Shown here one piece after another: positions 1-11,273 of a stretch of DNA of 64,000 nt (positions within the stretch are counted from its first letter, which is position 1; every line of letters begins with the position of its first letter). Position numbers and translations under genes: made by a program. The stretch is from Andalucia godoyi And28 (taxonomy: Eukaryota > Protista > Jakobida). The stretch lies in NCBI GenBank assembly GCA_009859145.1, contig VRVR01000011.1, positions 312,756 to 376,755 on the forward strand. Reading direction: 5' to 3'. Below the pieces are notes generated by a model. That model was not told the origin of the DNA. It made no database searches and saw nothing but the letters and a program-made list of their open reading frames with translations.

Positions 1-2
1 TT

Positions 3-2684
3 CGTGATCGTTACCGCAGCAAACACTGAGAAGGAATCCAACATCGAATAGCCGCTAACATTCAAGAACGGAGACACAAACAGAGAATGATTAACGTAAG
101 CGCCCTTGAAAAATGTCGCACCCCAGCCAGAACCGCCTAAGAAACTTGAATTCATCGTTACAAACAAGTCTTTCGAGATTTGCAACCCTGCATCAATATG
201 GCCCACTTCAACATGCGCAGGGGATCCGGCTATTTGAATACCATTCCAAAAGTTGACTGTGCCGTTAGCTGCAAAGGATCCGGCAAAGCTAGCATTTCCT
301 GCGCAAGACACGTTCGCTGCAAACGACGCGTTGTTCGCAAGGTACAGGGCCGAAGAAAACTCAGCTCCTCCAGACGCAACGGAGTTTGTACCAATGATCA
401 CGCGGTTCGCGAAAACAGAGGTTCCCTTTACGGAGACAGAAGAATTGACCGATGTTACTCCCAATACTGTGGACGAGCCAGAAACCAACAAGAATCGATC
501 GACTGAGACCGAAGACGCAACTGACATGTTCACGGAGACCGACAGGGAAAGATTGGAGAAAAGAGATGCAGAAAAGACGGCGGAATCCGCAATAAAACTA
601 GAACCAAAAACATAGACCGTGTCTGCCAGGACAGCGCTTGCAGAAACACTCAGGGTCCCGAGAATGACCAGAGGTGGGCTGCACACAGCTGAACCCCGGA
701 CCGTTGTTCCACCAGCGACGGAGAAATTCTGGTAAAGCGACATCGGGTTGCTTCCGACTGTCAAATTCGTGCCGAAATTTGAGGAAGACCTGAAAATTGC
801 ACTGCCAAGCAACTCAAAAGTGCGAGAAATGTTCATCTGGTTTCCCACAGTAGCACCGTAAACCGAAAGATTTGACAGAACTGCCAAGTATTGATTAACA
901 TCCAAGACGTTGATCAGCAGAGGAGCTTCCACACGAACCGCGCTTTCGAATGAGGAGGTGTAGCCAGTGACGCTCAGGTACCCGGATATTGACAGATTGG
1001 AAATACTGGAATACCCTTGCAGCTCGGATCGTTCCTTGAACACGTTTGAAGCATACAGCAGCGCACCCGCTGCTGAAGATACATTCATCACCGCAGGAGC
1101 AGCAGTCTGGAAAACGCCTTGACACTCGGATCCTCCCGATACGCTGACAGCCTTCTCAAACTCTCCTCCGCCTTCGAAAAACATGGAATTGTTGACGGAC
1201 ATGCCGAATCCACTCAAACTCGAAGAATCTCCAATTTGTGCATTTTTGCCGACCCACAAAGACTGCAGAAAGAGAGATTGACCTGAGGCTCTCCAATCGG
1301 AAAACACTTGTAGAAGACTGGTAGCACTCACGCTCCAATCACCGTACCCATTAATATTCAATCGATGCACGGATCCTCCCGAGAACATGATGTCTCTTGT
1401 AGCATTAATCACGACATTAAAATCCACAGATCGTTGAAAGACTGTCGTGCCGGAAAAGCTCACAGGGCTTTCGAAAATGATCTGCTGCCGATACACAGCC
1501 AGCACATCGGTGATCTCAAAACTCGGCCGTGAAGACAGCGATGATGCCGACAGTTTAACAATTGCGGGTCCGTCAAATACTGTCTCATTTGCCAGAAAAC
1601 GCACCGGTCCACGCAACGTCAGGTTTCCAGAGAAGACCGTTTTCCCTGAAAGAAGCATCTGTTGGGTCGCAAGCGTGCCTGCGAAAGACGATATGTTGAG
1701 TGCAGAGATGCACGTCGCACGCACAAGTTCTGCTTGGTGGAGCACGTCAATGTCGGTAAACAAGCCGTTCCCGATGAACCCTGACGACGACGAATAAGAA
1801 GAAGACGAAGAAGTTGATGATTCCAGAGCGATTCGATCGGTTATGGACATCGATGCAATCCTTGATGTATCTGCAATCGACACATTTCCTCCCAGCACGT
1901 CCACAGTATGTCCAACTTCAACCCGGAACACATTCCGCACATGTGCTTCTGCGCTCCAATTCGACTGAAAAGCACTGAACAGTCCACTGACCACTACGGA
2001 TCCTCCTGCCGAAATATTGAGCCGCTGAAAGGTCGTTGTATTCAGGAAGAACGACGGGGAATTCACAGTGAACGTCGGCCCGGAAAACACAAATGGCGCA
2101 TTTGAAAACGCAGTCGAAGTCGAATCTGACGAGAAAAATTGCATTGCACAAGTCGATTGCGCGACGGCAGCAGACGACGAAGCGGCGCTTCCGATGCAAA
2201 GACTGTCAATTGCTCGGATTCGTGCGGCTGTTAAGTCGCCTGAGATGTGCATGTCGAATTTATCCATGTACTGATGCGCATCCATGTAAAACACAATACT
2301 GATGCAGAACAGAATAAGCGCAAACACACAGAAAGCGAGCACCGAGCGACGCACCCCAGAGCGAAATGCACTTTTGTACTCTTCATTTGGAAGTCTATCG
2401 GATCTGCCGCCTTTCGCCGCAAAGTCCCGATCCTGGATTGGTTTCAACCGAAAATTACTTAATGGGGTTGACAACGGCGGCGGTGGGACGGTTATGCGCT
2501 TCGCCACGGGATTCTGAAATGCAAGAGGATTCCCCAGTGGTGGCGGAAGGGAGGTGGTGGCGGTGCGTGGGTTTGCTACCTCCTCACGACCATTGGTTCT
2601 GTTGTTACTCCTCTGACTACCACTACCACTATCGCTACTGCTGCTGCCGTCTGCGTCCTCTTCAAACTTTGGAACAGATAACAT
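3..2684 (-). CDS. Large type II membrane/surface protein with Ser/Gly/Val-rich beta-strand repeats (3'-partial, runs off window start)
   Basis: Read by hand: this minus-strand frame has no stop from ATG 2684 (MLSVPKFEEDADG...) to position 3, i.e. 894 codons. It is missing from the ORF track because it has no stop in the window. One hydrophobic segment (SVLAFCVFALILFCISIVFY) near residue 115-135 is followed by a long repetitive ectodomain with many N-x-S/T sequons. Confidence 0.8.
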   Translation of the reverse strand, partial: MLSVPKFEEDADGSSSSDSGSGSQRSNNRTNGREEVANPRTATTSLPPPLGNPLAFQNPVAKRITVPPPPLSTPLSNFRLKPIQDRDFAAKGGRSDRLPNEEYKSAFRSGVRRSVLAFCVFALILFCISIVFYMDAHQYMDKFDMHISGDLTAARIRAIDSLCIGSAASSSAAVAQSTCAMQFFSSDSTSTAFSNAPFVFSGPTFTVNSPSFFLNTTTFQRLNISAGGSVVVSGLFSAFQSNWSAEAHVRNVFRVEVGHTVDVLGGNVSIADTSRIASMSITDRIALESSTSSSSSYSSSSGFIGNGLFTDIDVLHQAELVRATCISALNISSFAGTLATQQMLLSGKTVFSGNLTLRGPVRFLANETVFDGPAIVKLSASSLSSRPSFEITDVLAVYRQQIIFESPVSFSGTTVFQRSVDFNVVINATRDIMFSGGSVHRLNINGYGDWSVSATSLLQVFSDWRASGQSLFLQSLWVGKNAQIGDSSSLSGFGMSVNNSMFFEGGGEFEKAVSVSGGSECQGVFQTAAPAVMNVSSAAGALLYASNVFKERSELQGYSSISNLSISGYLSVTGYTSSFESAVRVEAPLLINVLDVNQYLAVLSNLSVYGATVGNQMNISRTFELLGSAIFRSSSNFGTNLTVGSNPMSLYQNFSVAGGTTVRGSAVCSPPLVILGTLSVSASAVLADTVYVFGSSFIADSAVFSASLFSNLSLSVSVNMSVASSVSVDRFLLVSGSSTVLGVTSVNSSVSVKGTSVFANRVIIGTNSVASGGAEFSSALYLANNASFAANVSCAGNASFAGSFAANGTVNFWNGIQIAGSPAHVEVGHIDAGLQISKDLFVTMNSSFLGGSGWGATFFKGAYVNHSLFVSPFLNVSGYSMLDSFSVFAAVTIT

Positions 2685-3301
2685 CACGCTTGCTTCGTCA
2701 CTACGAACGTAACGGACAGCAGAGCGTGACACAAACGCAGAAAAAAAAAGTATTACCCTCCAACCCCAACCTCTCCCAAACACTGAGCCCGCCCGCATGC
2801 TGCGCCTCAAACAGATTATTTGTCGTTAAAAAAGGGACTTTTTATTTTACAGTCAGCATCAGCGCCCATCCAATGAGTTTTCTGCAATCTGCCGAAGAAA
2901 AAGATCGGTCTTCATTCAACAGCAACGTCGACGGCTGCCAGCTCAGCCATATTATTTGATGATAATATCACAGCCGTTTCTCCAGACGTTTGGGTTGGAG
3001 GGTTATAATAAATATAGTAAAACATGGATTCCAATCGTTTCATTTCCTTTCTTTGGCGGTGTCCGCACATCAGTGGGCATCAATGGATGACAAGAGGACA
3101 AAAGAAGTCTTCCCCGATCGGGAATTCGGGAATTCGGGAGTTTCCAATTTCCCCATTTCCCGAATTTCCTATTCCTGTTCCCTCCAACTCCCAGAGAACA
3201 TCAGAGAGCGTTTTCCCCTGAGAAATCGTCAGTGCGGCATCGCAATTCAGGAGGCAACCGTTTTTATTGCTACTGTATCGTTGAATCCCACCCACCCTGA
3301 A

Positions 3302-4414
3302 ATGTCGAGGTGTGCACTTCGGTGTTTGTGGACATTTCTGCTGGTCTGCCTGCTTTGGCTGAGCGGACCGTTGCATGCAGAGACTGTGATCCCGTTGGCA
3401 AATACAACGGGATTGACGACAATTCGAACAGAATCGTTATTGTTTCGAAGTGGGACCCATGTTGCCGAGATCACAGTTTTCGAAAAGATGTTCTTGTTGT
3501 ATGCAGCAAATGGCAGCAATCTGCAACTTGCGCAAACGTTGGATGTTTCTTCAAAGTTTACGGGCTCAAGAGCTGCTTCGACAAACTGGGTACTCCTTCC
3601 CATTTTTGCTGCAGATACCCGACTGTTTTATCTTTCTCGAGATGTGTCAACTTTGCGATTCTCGATTCATTCGCTGCATCTCAATACGACGACGTCTGCA
3701 TTTGCAGATGAGCCGTTGCTGGATGTTTACACAGGTTCTTCGATTCTGTCTGCATCGGCATCATCCGATGATCGATTTCTCTACTCTTCATTCCAAACTC
3801 CCAACACTTCGATCATTGTTTCAACGTATGATTCCGTTTCGTCCACTTGGTCCGCAACGACGCTTTTCACAGCGCGAAACATTTGGCTTGTGGAGGCATC
3901 TGCGCGATTTGCTGTCGTGTACAAGCTGCGTGCAAAAGAACTGCAGATCCACGATCTCGACGCAAGTCCGCAGTCGAATATTATTCAAACTCTGTCGTTC
4001 TCCGATATTGTAGAGGACGTGAAACTCTCGGGAAGCACGCTGCTTGGACATCACATGATCGTCAAGCTGCTGACGGCAACTACCTCGCTGCGGTATTACC
4101 AATGGGATGCCGTGCAGTCGCAATTTGCACTCCGGAATTCGTCATTTACGCTTTCCAGCACGTTTGGAAGAAAGTACTCCATTGCGCCTCAGTGGATTGG
4201 CGTTGCACTCGACACTGGTGTTTGCCAGCTGTGGTTTGCAGACCCACTGACTGCCCAGTACCAAAATCTGACATTGACACATTCCTTCTCGGCCCAGCGC
4301 TGCAAATCCATTGATGTTGCTTCCACAGCGACGCACGCCGCTCGCGTCCGAATCCAGTCGGAAAGCATCCTGGACGGTTCGTTTGTCCGAGTGTTTGATG
4401 TGTCATATTCGTGA
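3302..4414 (+). CDS. Secreted protein, probable beta-propeller, function unknown
   Basis: Inside ORF 2990..4414. The ATG at 3302 gives a signal peptide (MSRCALRCLWTFLLVCLLWLSGPLHA-ET), followed by repeated beta-strand blades (e.g. SASASSDDRFLY, DVKLSGSTLL). Confidence 0.7.
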   Translation: MSRCALRCLWTFLLVCLLWLSGPLHAETVIPLANTTGLTTIRTESLLFRSGTHVAEITVFEKMFLLYAANGSNLQLAQTLDVSSKFTGSRAASTNWVLLPIFAADTRLFYLSRDVSTLRFSIHSLHLNTTTSAFADEPLLDVYTGSSILSASASSDDRFLYSSFQTPNTSIIVSTYDSVSSTWSATTLFTARNIWLVEASARFAVVYKLRAKELQIHDLDASPQSNIIQTLSFSDIVEDVKLSGSTLLGHHMIVKLLTATTSLRYYQWDAVQSQFALRNSSFTLSSTFGRKYSIAPQWIGVALDTGVCQLWFADPLTAQYQNLTLTHSFSAQRCKSIDVASTATHAARVRIQSESILDGSFVRVFDVSYS

Positions 4415-4662
4415 TTCCGCGTGGTTTGGTGTGTCTTCGGTTTTTTTTTTTTTTTTTGATTTGCACTGTCTCCGGATATCCTTACCTTTCTCCCATTTGA
4501 TCAATGTACATTTTTATGAATGAAAACACAATGCGCGTTCTTCACTCTCATATCTTCCACGTCCATGGCAAGGGACAAGAAAAGGAACTCGGCTGTCCTG
4601 GAGAGGACGAGGAGAAAAAGAAAGAAAGAAAGATAGAAAAAAAGATGAAATCAACCATCACT

Positions 4663-5577
4663 TCAATTCTTGAACCACGGATGTTCCATCGCGGTCGCAG
4701 CAGAGATTCTAGCGTTTGGATCCCATTGCAGGAATCGCAAGAGCAAGTCTGCTCCAAGAGCGTCGTCGGCAAGTCTGGGACACAGCTCCGCGATCGACAG
4801 TCCATTGTTGTTGCTGTTGTGATGCAGGCCCCCGTGGGCCGCAGAATCAAGCGCTCGCATGAGCGAGTCCCAGTGCGGGAGTTCTCTCATGGTTTGCAAG
4901 ACTCCGTTAGCAGCTGGAGGCAGCCCAACCCCGTGCACAATCTTTGCCATTTGGTCTGCTTCGTTTCTACCTGGGAACAAGGGCTTGCCGGTGACCATTT
5001 CGGCGAAGATGCATCCAACTGACCACATATCCACCGGTGTTCCATAATGATGTGACCCAAGGAGCACGTCGGGTGCGCGATACCACAGAGTGACTACTTC
5101 ATGCGTGTACTTGCGAACTGGAATTCCAAATGCTCGAGCCAGCCCGAAATCCGCAAGCTTCAAATCCAGTCCAGAGGAAATCAGCAAATTCTGAGGTTTT
5201 AGATCTCGATGCAGCACATTTCTTGCATGGCAGAACGCAGTTCCGCGCAGAAGCTGCAGCAAAAGAGACTTGATTGTAGCAATTGGCACAGGCTTGTGTG
5301 CATCCAAGTACTTCTTCAGATCCATATCAAGAAACTCAAACACCAAAGTAAGCTTTCGATCTGTGTGGATCACATCCTGCAACCGAACAATGTTCGGATG
5401 TCGAAGCTCTTTCAGCAGCGAGATCTCTCGGATTGCTGTGGACGGGACTCCTTCGTCCTCCGAGTCAAGACGGATCCGCTTCAACGCAGTCAACTCGTTC
5501 GTCTCGAGATTCCGCGCCTTGTACACAACTCCATACGTACCTTCTCCAATTTTTTCTAGTTTTTGATACTTTTGCAT
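4663..5577 (-). CDS. PSTAIRE cyclin-dependent kinase (CDK5/Pho85-like or CDK1-like)
   Basis: [64 protein letters not shown] and DRKLTLVFE resemble protist CDK5-type kinases. Likely start at ATG 5577. Confidence 0.95.
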   Translation of the reverse strand: MQKYQKLEKIGEGTYGVVYKARNLETNELTALKRIRLDSEDEGVPSTAIREISLLKELRHPNIVRLQDVIHTDRKLTLVFEFLDMDLKKYLDAHKPVPIATIKSLLLQLLRGTAFCHARNVLHRDLKPQNLLISSGLDLKLADFGLARAFGIPVRKYTHEVVTLWYRAPDVLLGSHHYGTPVDMWSVGCIFAEMVTGKPLFPGRNEADQMAKIVHGVGLPPAANGVLQTMRELPHWDSLMRALDSAAHGGLHHNSNNNGLSIAELCPRLADDALGADLLLRFLQWDPNARISAATAMEHPWFKN

Positions 5578-6122
5578 TCTGACGTTCCCTCTCCACCTCT
5601 CAAGAATTACAAAGACTCCACCAGAAAAACAAAACAAACAACCAAACAACAACGTAGAAATTAAGAAAATAAAAAAAAACTATGTATAGTAAACCGAAAC
5701 TTGTAACGTGCGTCTCACAAGTCTCCCTCAACAACAAACGCGTCAATGAAACGTGCTTCTTTTTGACTTGTTGATTTTAGTGGGTTTTTGTTTTGAATAC
5801 TCGAAGATCGAAGGAAAAACGTGTGGGGATTATCTTGTCACTCAGAGAGCTTTTTTTGGAGTTCGGAGATGTAGCATCACAGCATCAAGTCATGCAGCCC
5901 TCTTCTCTTTTTTCCGGAGAACCCGGAGACGTTATTCGACAAATGACCAAATGATTCACTCTCCTACGCATTGGGCAGTGTTTTGCCCGAGTACGCAAAT
6001 GCACAATCTTCATTTCCGTTCGTTTTTTACTGTTCTGATTTCGTGTTTAAAAGAGTCGGTTAGGTAATCAAGTCGAGTCGAGGTGGGGCGAGTTGAGGTA
6101 AGGGCAGGGTGTGAAACGAAGA

Positions 6123-7412
6123 ATGTCGTATCGAGAGCTTCGGAATTTCACGGAATCACTTCGAACACTTGGGTATCCGCGACCGGTGTCGCTTGAGCAG
6201 CTCCGCGTTCCTAATTTTGTATTGATGGCAGACATGCTATCGTGGCTTTCACGCCGCTATGATCCCGCGATCGATGTTCCATTTGATGTGTCCTCGGACG
6301 CTGGAAGCGAGGCAGCGCGAGTTGCGTTTGTGAAGAACATTTGCTCGCTTCTGCTATCGAAAGCTCGCATAAAGATGAACCTGAAGAAGCTGTACTGCTC
6401 GGACGGACATGCGGTTCAAGAATTGCTGAAGCTGACGACGATTCTGACTGCCTCTGCCGCACAGTCATCGGTTGGAGGGCACGATGACGAGAAGGAGTTT
6501 GCATCCGGCCTCAACGAAGAAGATGTGTTCAGCCCGATTCCGGCTGCAAAGGTTACAGAGCTGCGCTCGATCAACAGCGCATTGACCGGTCAAGGAGCCA
6601 CGCTGTATGGATTGTTGGCGCAGGAGCCGGAATTGAGATCGGTACGGAACCGCGTGCTTGCCAAGCCGCTTGATTTGGAAGATGTGCAACACACCATCCA
6701 ATCTCGGATACAAAAGGCGAAAGCCACAGTTTCGGCGCTCCAGAAGGAGTTTGCGACATATTCGTCTGATGCTGAAAACTTGCAAATGAAGATTGAAAAG
6801 AAGAAGTCGGAGCTTGAGAGAACAGAAAAGAGATTAAAGTCTCTGGAGACTGTTCGACCGGCGTTTATGGATGAGTTTGAAAGGCTCGAGCGCGAACTGG
6901 CAGACTTGTTCGTGGTGTACACTGCGAAACAGAGAAATCTCGCGTGGCTGCAGAGCTGCGTTGACACGTCGAAAAAGAGAGTTGCCGAAAAACAAGGTGC
7001 GGCAGATGCACAGTGGTCTGCGCTACGTGAGAAGATGAAGAGCGAAGAGAATGCAATTCTACGAGGGGAGAATGTAAGCGCAGAGTTGGGGATGGTCAAG
7101 GTGTCTGGGTCGCTTGATGCCGACGACGATGAAGACTCGGATGATGAATCTGATGACGACGACGACCTTGGCGACGGAGTGGCTGGGTTGAATAGCGGAG
7201 CACGCTTCATGGGTGGCGGCGGAGACAACGACGAGTCTTCAGACATTTCAGATTTGGATGATGATGGCGATCTCATGGATGGCGATGATGATGATGACGA
7301 TGATGGCGATGATGACGATGATGCTGTTCTCAATGACGGCGACGACGATGGTATTGAAGAAGACGATGGAGACGGTTCATCAGACATGGATGCCTCTGGA
7401 GACGATTTCTAA
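6123..7412 (+). CDS. CLUAP1: Clusterin-associated protein 1 / IFT38 (IFT-B subunit)
   Basis: N-terminus MSYRELRNFTESLRTLGYPRPVSLEQLRVPNF matches the CLUAP1 start; KKLY.SDGHAVQELLK and RPAFMDEFERLE motifs; coiled coil; acidic tail. Confidence 0.92.
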   Translation: MSYRELRNFTESLRTLGYPRPVSLEQLRVPNFVLMADMLSWLSRRYDPAIDVPFDVSSDAGSEAARVAFVKNICSLLLSKARIKMNLKKLYCSDGHAVQELLKLTTILTASAAQSSVGGHDDEKEFASGLNEEDVFSPIPAAKVTELRSINSALTGQGATLYGLLAQEPELRSVRNRVLAKPLDLEDVQHTIQSRIQKAKATVSALQKEFATYSSDAENLQMKIEKKKSELERTEKRLKSLETVRPAFMDEFERLERELADLFVVYTAKQRNLAWLQSCVDTSKKRVAEKQGAADAQWSALREKMKSEENAILRGENVSAELGMVKVSGSLDADDDEDSDDESDDDDDLGDGVAGLNSGARFMGGGGDNDESSDISDLDDDGDLMDGDDDDDDDGDDDDDAVLNDGDDDGIEEDDGDGSSDMDASGDDF

Positions 7413-7617
7413 TGATCTCTCCAAGTTAGTTTTCAATTACCGGTATTAACTTCATAAGTAAAACAAACCAAATTACAAAGAACTGTGGCCGAGTTTGCCT
7501 CGTTTTACCTCCGCCTTCTGTCTTTCCCTTCTTTTCAAAAATCACGATCTTACACATATTCAAAAGCACACGCAAAGTCGAAAAAAAAGTGTCTAATGAT
7601 GATAAATGCACAGATGC

Positions 7618-9195
7618 TCAGACTCCTGACATTCCGTAGCTTTTGGTCCAGGCTTCGAATCGAGACAGCAGTTCCCGCGACACAGTAGGCTTGATATTCT
7701 GCATTGCTGCTCGGAAATCGGCACAGCTGATGGGTCTTATGGCAAGCAGATCGATGGGCTTCGAAGGATCCAGCTCCCGAACGGCAATCATGGCCGCCTC
7801 CGCACACAAACTCGCAAGATCAGAACCAGAGAATCCAGCAGTACTACGGACAATCCATTCCAAATCTCGCTGCGTAAGATCATTGTCGTTCTTCTGGATC
7901 AGATGCGAAATCAATGCTGCGCGTGCCTTCTCTTCCGGAAGTGGGATGTAAATGCGCTTCGGAAATCTCCGCAGTGCAGCATCATCCAGATCGTAGGGTC
8001 GATTCGTAGCAGCAACGATCAAGACCTTGTCCTTTTCCGTCAATGCCGCTTGAGCACCGTCCATCTGCACGAGAAACTCGTTCTTCATTCGTCTCGTCGC
8101 ATCCGTTTCGCCTTCTGTTCGAGAAGACAGCAACGCATCCACTTCGTCAATAAAAAGCACACTTGGCTGGAACTTCTTCGCAAGCTCAAACATTTCTCGG
8201 ACATTCTTCTCCGACTCGCCAACCCACTTTGAAAGCAGCGTCGATGACGTAACGGAGGCAAAGTTGAGACCCGCTTCAGAAGCGAGAGCCTTTGCAAGCA
8301 TGGTCTTTCCAGTACCGGGCTAGATACGCACAAGGAACGAATTCAGTTTCATACCAGTGAACAAAGTCATTAGTCAAGGTCATGCAAAGTGGGAAAAGTT
8401 CCACTCGAAAACGAAGTGCTGAACAGAAGACAAGAAAAAGAGAGACACATTTCAGAAGGGGGGAACACATACGGGTCCATATAGAAGGATAGCACGTGGG
8501 GGTTTCCGCAATCCGGTAAACAAATCTGGTCGCTGCATCGGGAGGATTGCAGATTCATACAAAGATCTCTTTGCAACATCAAGGCCAGCAATATCGTCCC
8601 AAGTCACGCCAGCCTTTCCATTCTTCTCCGCATCACTCCTACCACCGGCATCGGCTGCTGACTTTGAATTCGAATTCGCTGCCGGCCTTTTTTGTGGTGA
8701 CGAGCCCTGGCTACTTGATCGGGAAACCTCGTCTGCAAAGCTGGGTATGTCTGTCCTGCACTTCGAATCGGCTCTTTTGAATCGAGGCGGCGGCGAAGCA
8801 GCACGAGAAACCATCGACCCACCTCGATCTCCAGATCGCAGCCCGAGACACTGAGCACCGCCTCCCTTGTTGTCGTAGAGCAGGAGGCTGCGCTGCTGAG
8901 TAGTTTGCTGCAGCCTCTGAGGAACCTGTTCTGAGCGAATTTCATGATATCGCTTTTCCGCATTTGCCGCCTTCGTCTTCATTTCCACAACAAGCACCGA
9001 GTCCGAACTAGCTGCTCTCTTCAGACCTTCTCGGAACACTTCCGCAGACTTTTCATAGTGCTTCAATGCCTCGATCGATCTGCCAGACTCATCCAGCTTC
9101 ACCGCATTACGGTAAAACGAATTGGCAATGTCATTGAACTCATACACGCCGCGATCCGCCTCACTGACGTCCGCGTTTGAGCTCCCGGAACGCAT
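7618..9195 (-). CDS. SPAST: MIT-domain AAA+ ATPase, spastin-like (2 exons: 9195-8473 and 8319-7618)
   Basis: N-terminal MIT-like helices ([17 protein letters not shown]). Walker A YGP|PGTGKT is restored by removing a GT..AG intron at 8472-8320. Walker [23 protein letters not shown]-terminal FEAWTKSYG. Fidgetin-like not excluded. Confidence 0.85.
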
Positions 9196-9202
9196 AATCA
9201 AC

Positions 9203-9237
9203 CTCCAAGTCTCCAAGTCTCCAAGTCTCCAAGTCTC
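9203..9237. repeat. Tandem 8-mer (CTCCAAGT)x4
   Basis: Directly visible, just upstream of the spastin-like start codon. Confidence 0.9.
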
Positions 9238-9612
9238 TGTGCGAGCCACCAGCGTTTATGAATAAATAAATCATCTTCTCGCAAAATCAACAACAGCAGA
9301 AGACACTCTGGTGGATTCGGGTTTTCGACTTTCGGGAATTCCCCAATATATGACTGCGAGTGCCGGACCTCTTCACCAGCAGCAGCACATCACATTCTCC
9401 ACCTGCTGTAGCCAGTCGACCATTCAGGGCCATTTTACCCTCGGCCTCTGGTACTCCTGGGGGCCTCAGAGGACGGAAAGCCATAAGCACGGAATCTTTC
9501 TGCTACATTTTCTGCACGATTGCTCTCTCTTCACTTTTGCGTCTTACAGGGTACTTTTTTTTTGTTTGTGGTTCGTCGTGTTATTAGCGCGTGTGTGATT
9601 TGCGAGCGTAAC

Positions 9613-10618
9613 ATGGAACAGTCCTACAAGGTTGTTTTGCTAGGTGAGGGCCGAGTAGGAAAGACTTCGCTGACTCTTCGATTTTGCCAGGATAAGTTTT
9701 CGGACTCGCAGGAGTCGACCATCCAAGCATCGTTCTTGAAGAAGACGGTGGTGATTGCGGATGATCGTGTGAATCTGGCGGTGTGGGACACTGCGGGCCA
9801 GGAGAGGTTCCATGCCCTTGGGCCCATTTACTACCGAGACTCCAATGGTGCTTTGCTAGTGTACGACACCACGGACGTGGACTCGTTTACAAAAGTGCAG
9901 AATTGGGTTAAGGAATTGCGGTCGATTGTCGGGGAGGATATTGTGCTCTGTATTGCAGGAAACAAATGCGACCTCGAGAAGCTTCGGCAAGTGAATACAA
10001 ACGATGCAGAGACGTATGCCGCCTCCGTAGGTGCCCACCACTTCTTGACATCTGCAAAGACTGGAAAGGGCGTCGAAGACGCTTTCCTTGATCTAGCGAA
10101 ACGTATGTGTGATGAAATTGAAACTTTTCGCACCTCTCTCCCGCGCGCGCGCGCGTGTGTGTGTGTGTGTGTTTAAGGAAAAAGAAATGCATTGTTGCAG
10201 GCGTGTGGAGAGTTGTTCTTATACTGAAAAGAGATGCTCACCTTTTGCATTTTTGCATTTTGCTGCTGCTGCTATTGTTGTTGTTGATTGTCGTGATGCT
10301 TTTTTTAAATTAGGTGTTCATGCTGCCCGTGCTTCCAAGCTATCTGCAAATGCACAGAGACGACGAACCAGAATGATCACAGATGACCGTATGCCGCTCT
10401 TCCCGCTCTCTCTTGCAGTACGTTCCTATTTTTTTGTTTTTTGCTTGAATTCCACTCTAACTCTCGCTGTTTTGTTTTGTTTTGTGCCGTTGCTGCTGCG
10501 GTTGCTGTTTCTTTCCTTTTCCCGATCAATAGCGGCTCCTCCTACTCGAGTGAATGCTGCGGCTCCGCCTCCGTCCGCAGACCAACCAAAGAAGAAGAGC
10601 AAATGCACTATTTTGTAG
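9613..10618 (+). CDS. RAB21: Rab21 GTPase (3 exons: 9613-10102, 10314-10388, 10533-10618)
   Basis: KVVLLGEGRVGKTSL, STIQASF, WDTAGQERFHALGPIYYRDSNGA are Rab21-type. Two phase-1 GTATG..AG introns give a C-terminus ending KKKSKCTIL*. Confidence 0.9.
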
Positions 10619-11156
10619 TGGGATTCAAGTGAATGCGAGAGCTGGTGAAATTTGTTCTTCCGGTTCCTTATCTAGCCATTTCCTCTTTTTTCTTCCCGGA
10701 GCTTTTCGTACTATCAGAACTTTCAGAGCGCCAGAACTGTGGCTGTTTGCGTGTTTTTCCATGTTTTCGTGGGTGAGTGGGTGCTACTTTTTTAATTTTT
10801 AATGTTTTTAATTTGCATTGTAATTTGGAGTGTGCTGATCTCGATCCGAAACGTCAATACTGACAACTTCTTTTCTTCGTTATAATTTTTGCTTTTTATT
10901 CCCAATGTCTTTTAATTTTTCCCATATCGGTTTCTACTGTTTGGGTGTGTTTTATTTTGTTTTCATCGTCTTGTCAAAAATGCCTGAAATCCTAACGAAG
11001 GGGTTTCCCCCCGTCCGGTTAGATCTAAATTAAAGCACTCCTTCTCTTCCACGATTTCGTAGTCTTACTTGCTCTAATATTTCGTTGTTGATTTGGCTGC
11101 TGTCGTTGTCCACAGTTCGGAATTGTTGAGAAAGTGTATACGTCCAGGACATGTGT

Positions 11157-11191
<35 letters not shown>

Positions 11192-11273
11192 ACCCATCAG
11201 AAATTCAGAGGGCGCAAGATGTTCCGATGTCCAGCGTGTCCAGCGGGCTGCAGGTACCGGTAGGTACAAAAAT

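Noticed and set aside
1-2500. Non-standard genetic code, suspected because no long ORF was listed for 1-2.5 kb
   Set aside because: A standard-code minus-strand frame is fully open and simply exits the window; all other genes read normally.
253-2959. Plus-strand ORFs in 180-2959
   Set aside because: Antisense shadows of the long minus-strand gene; the same applies to many short ORFs opposite CLUAP1, kinesins, REJ, WASHC4, PPR and FLCN.
5880-6040. Box C/D snoRNA or other ncRNA between the CDK and CLUAP1 genes
   Set aside because: Only short stems (GGGCA/TGCCC, TCCGG/CCGGA) and no canonical RUGAUGA box; no snRNA, SRP or RNase P/MRP motif recognised.
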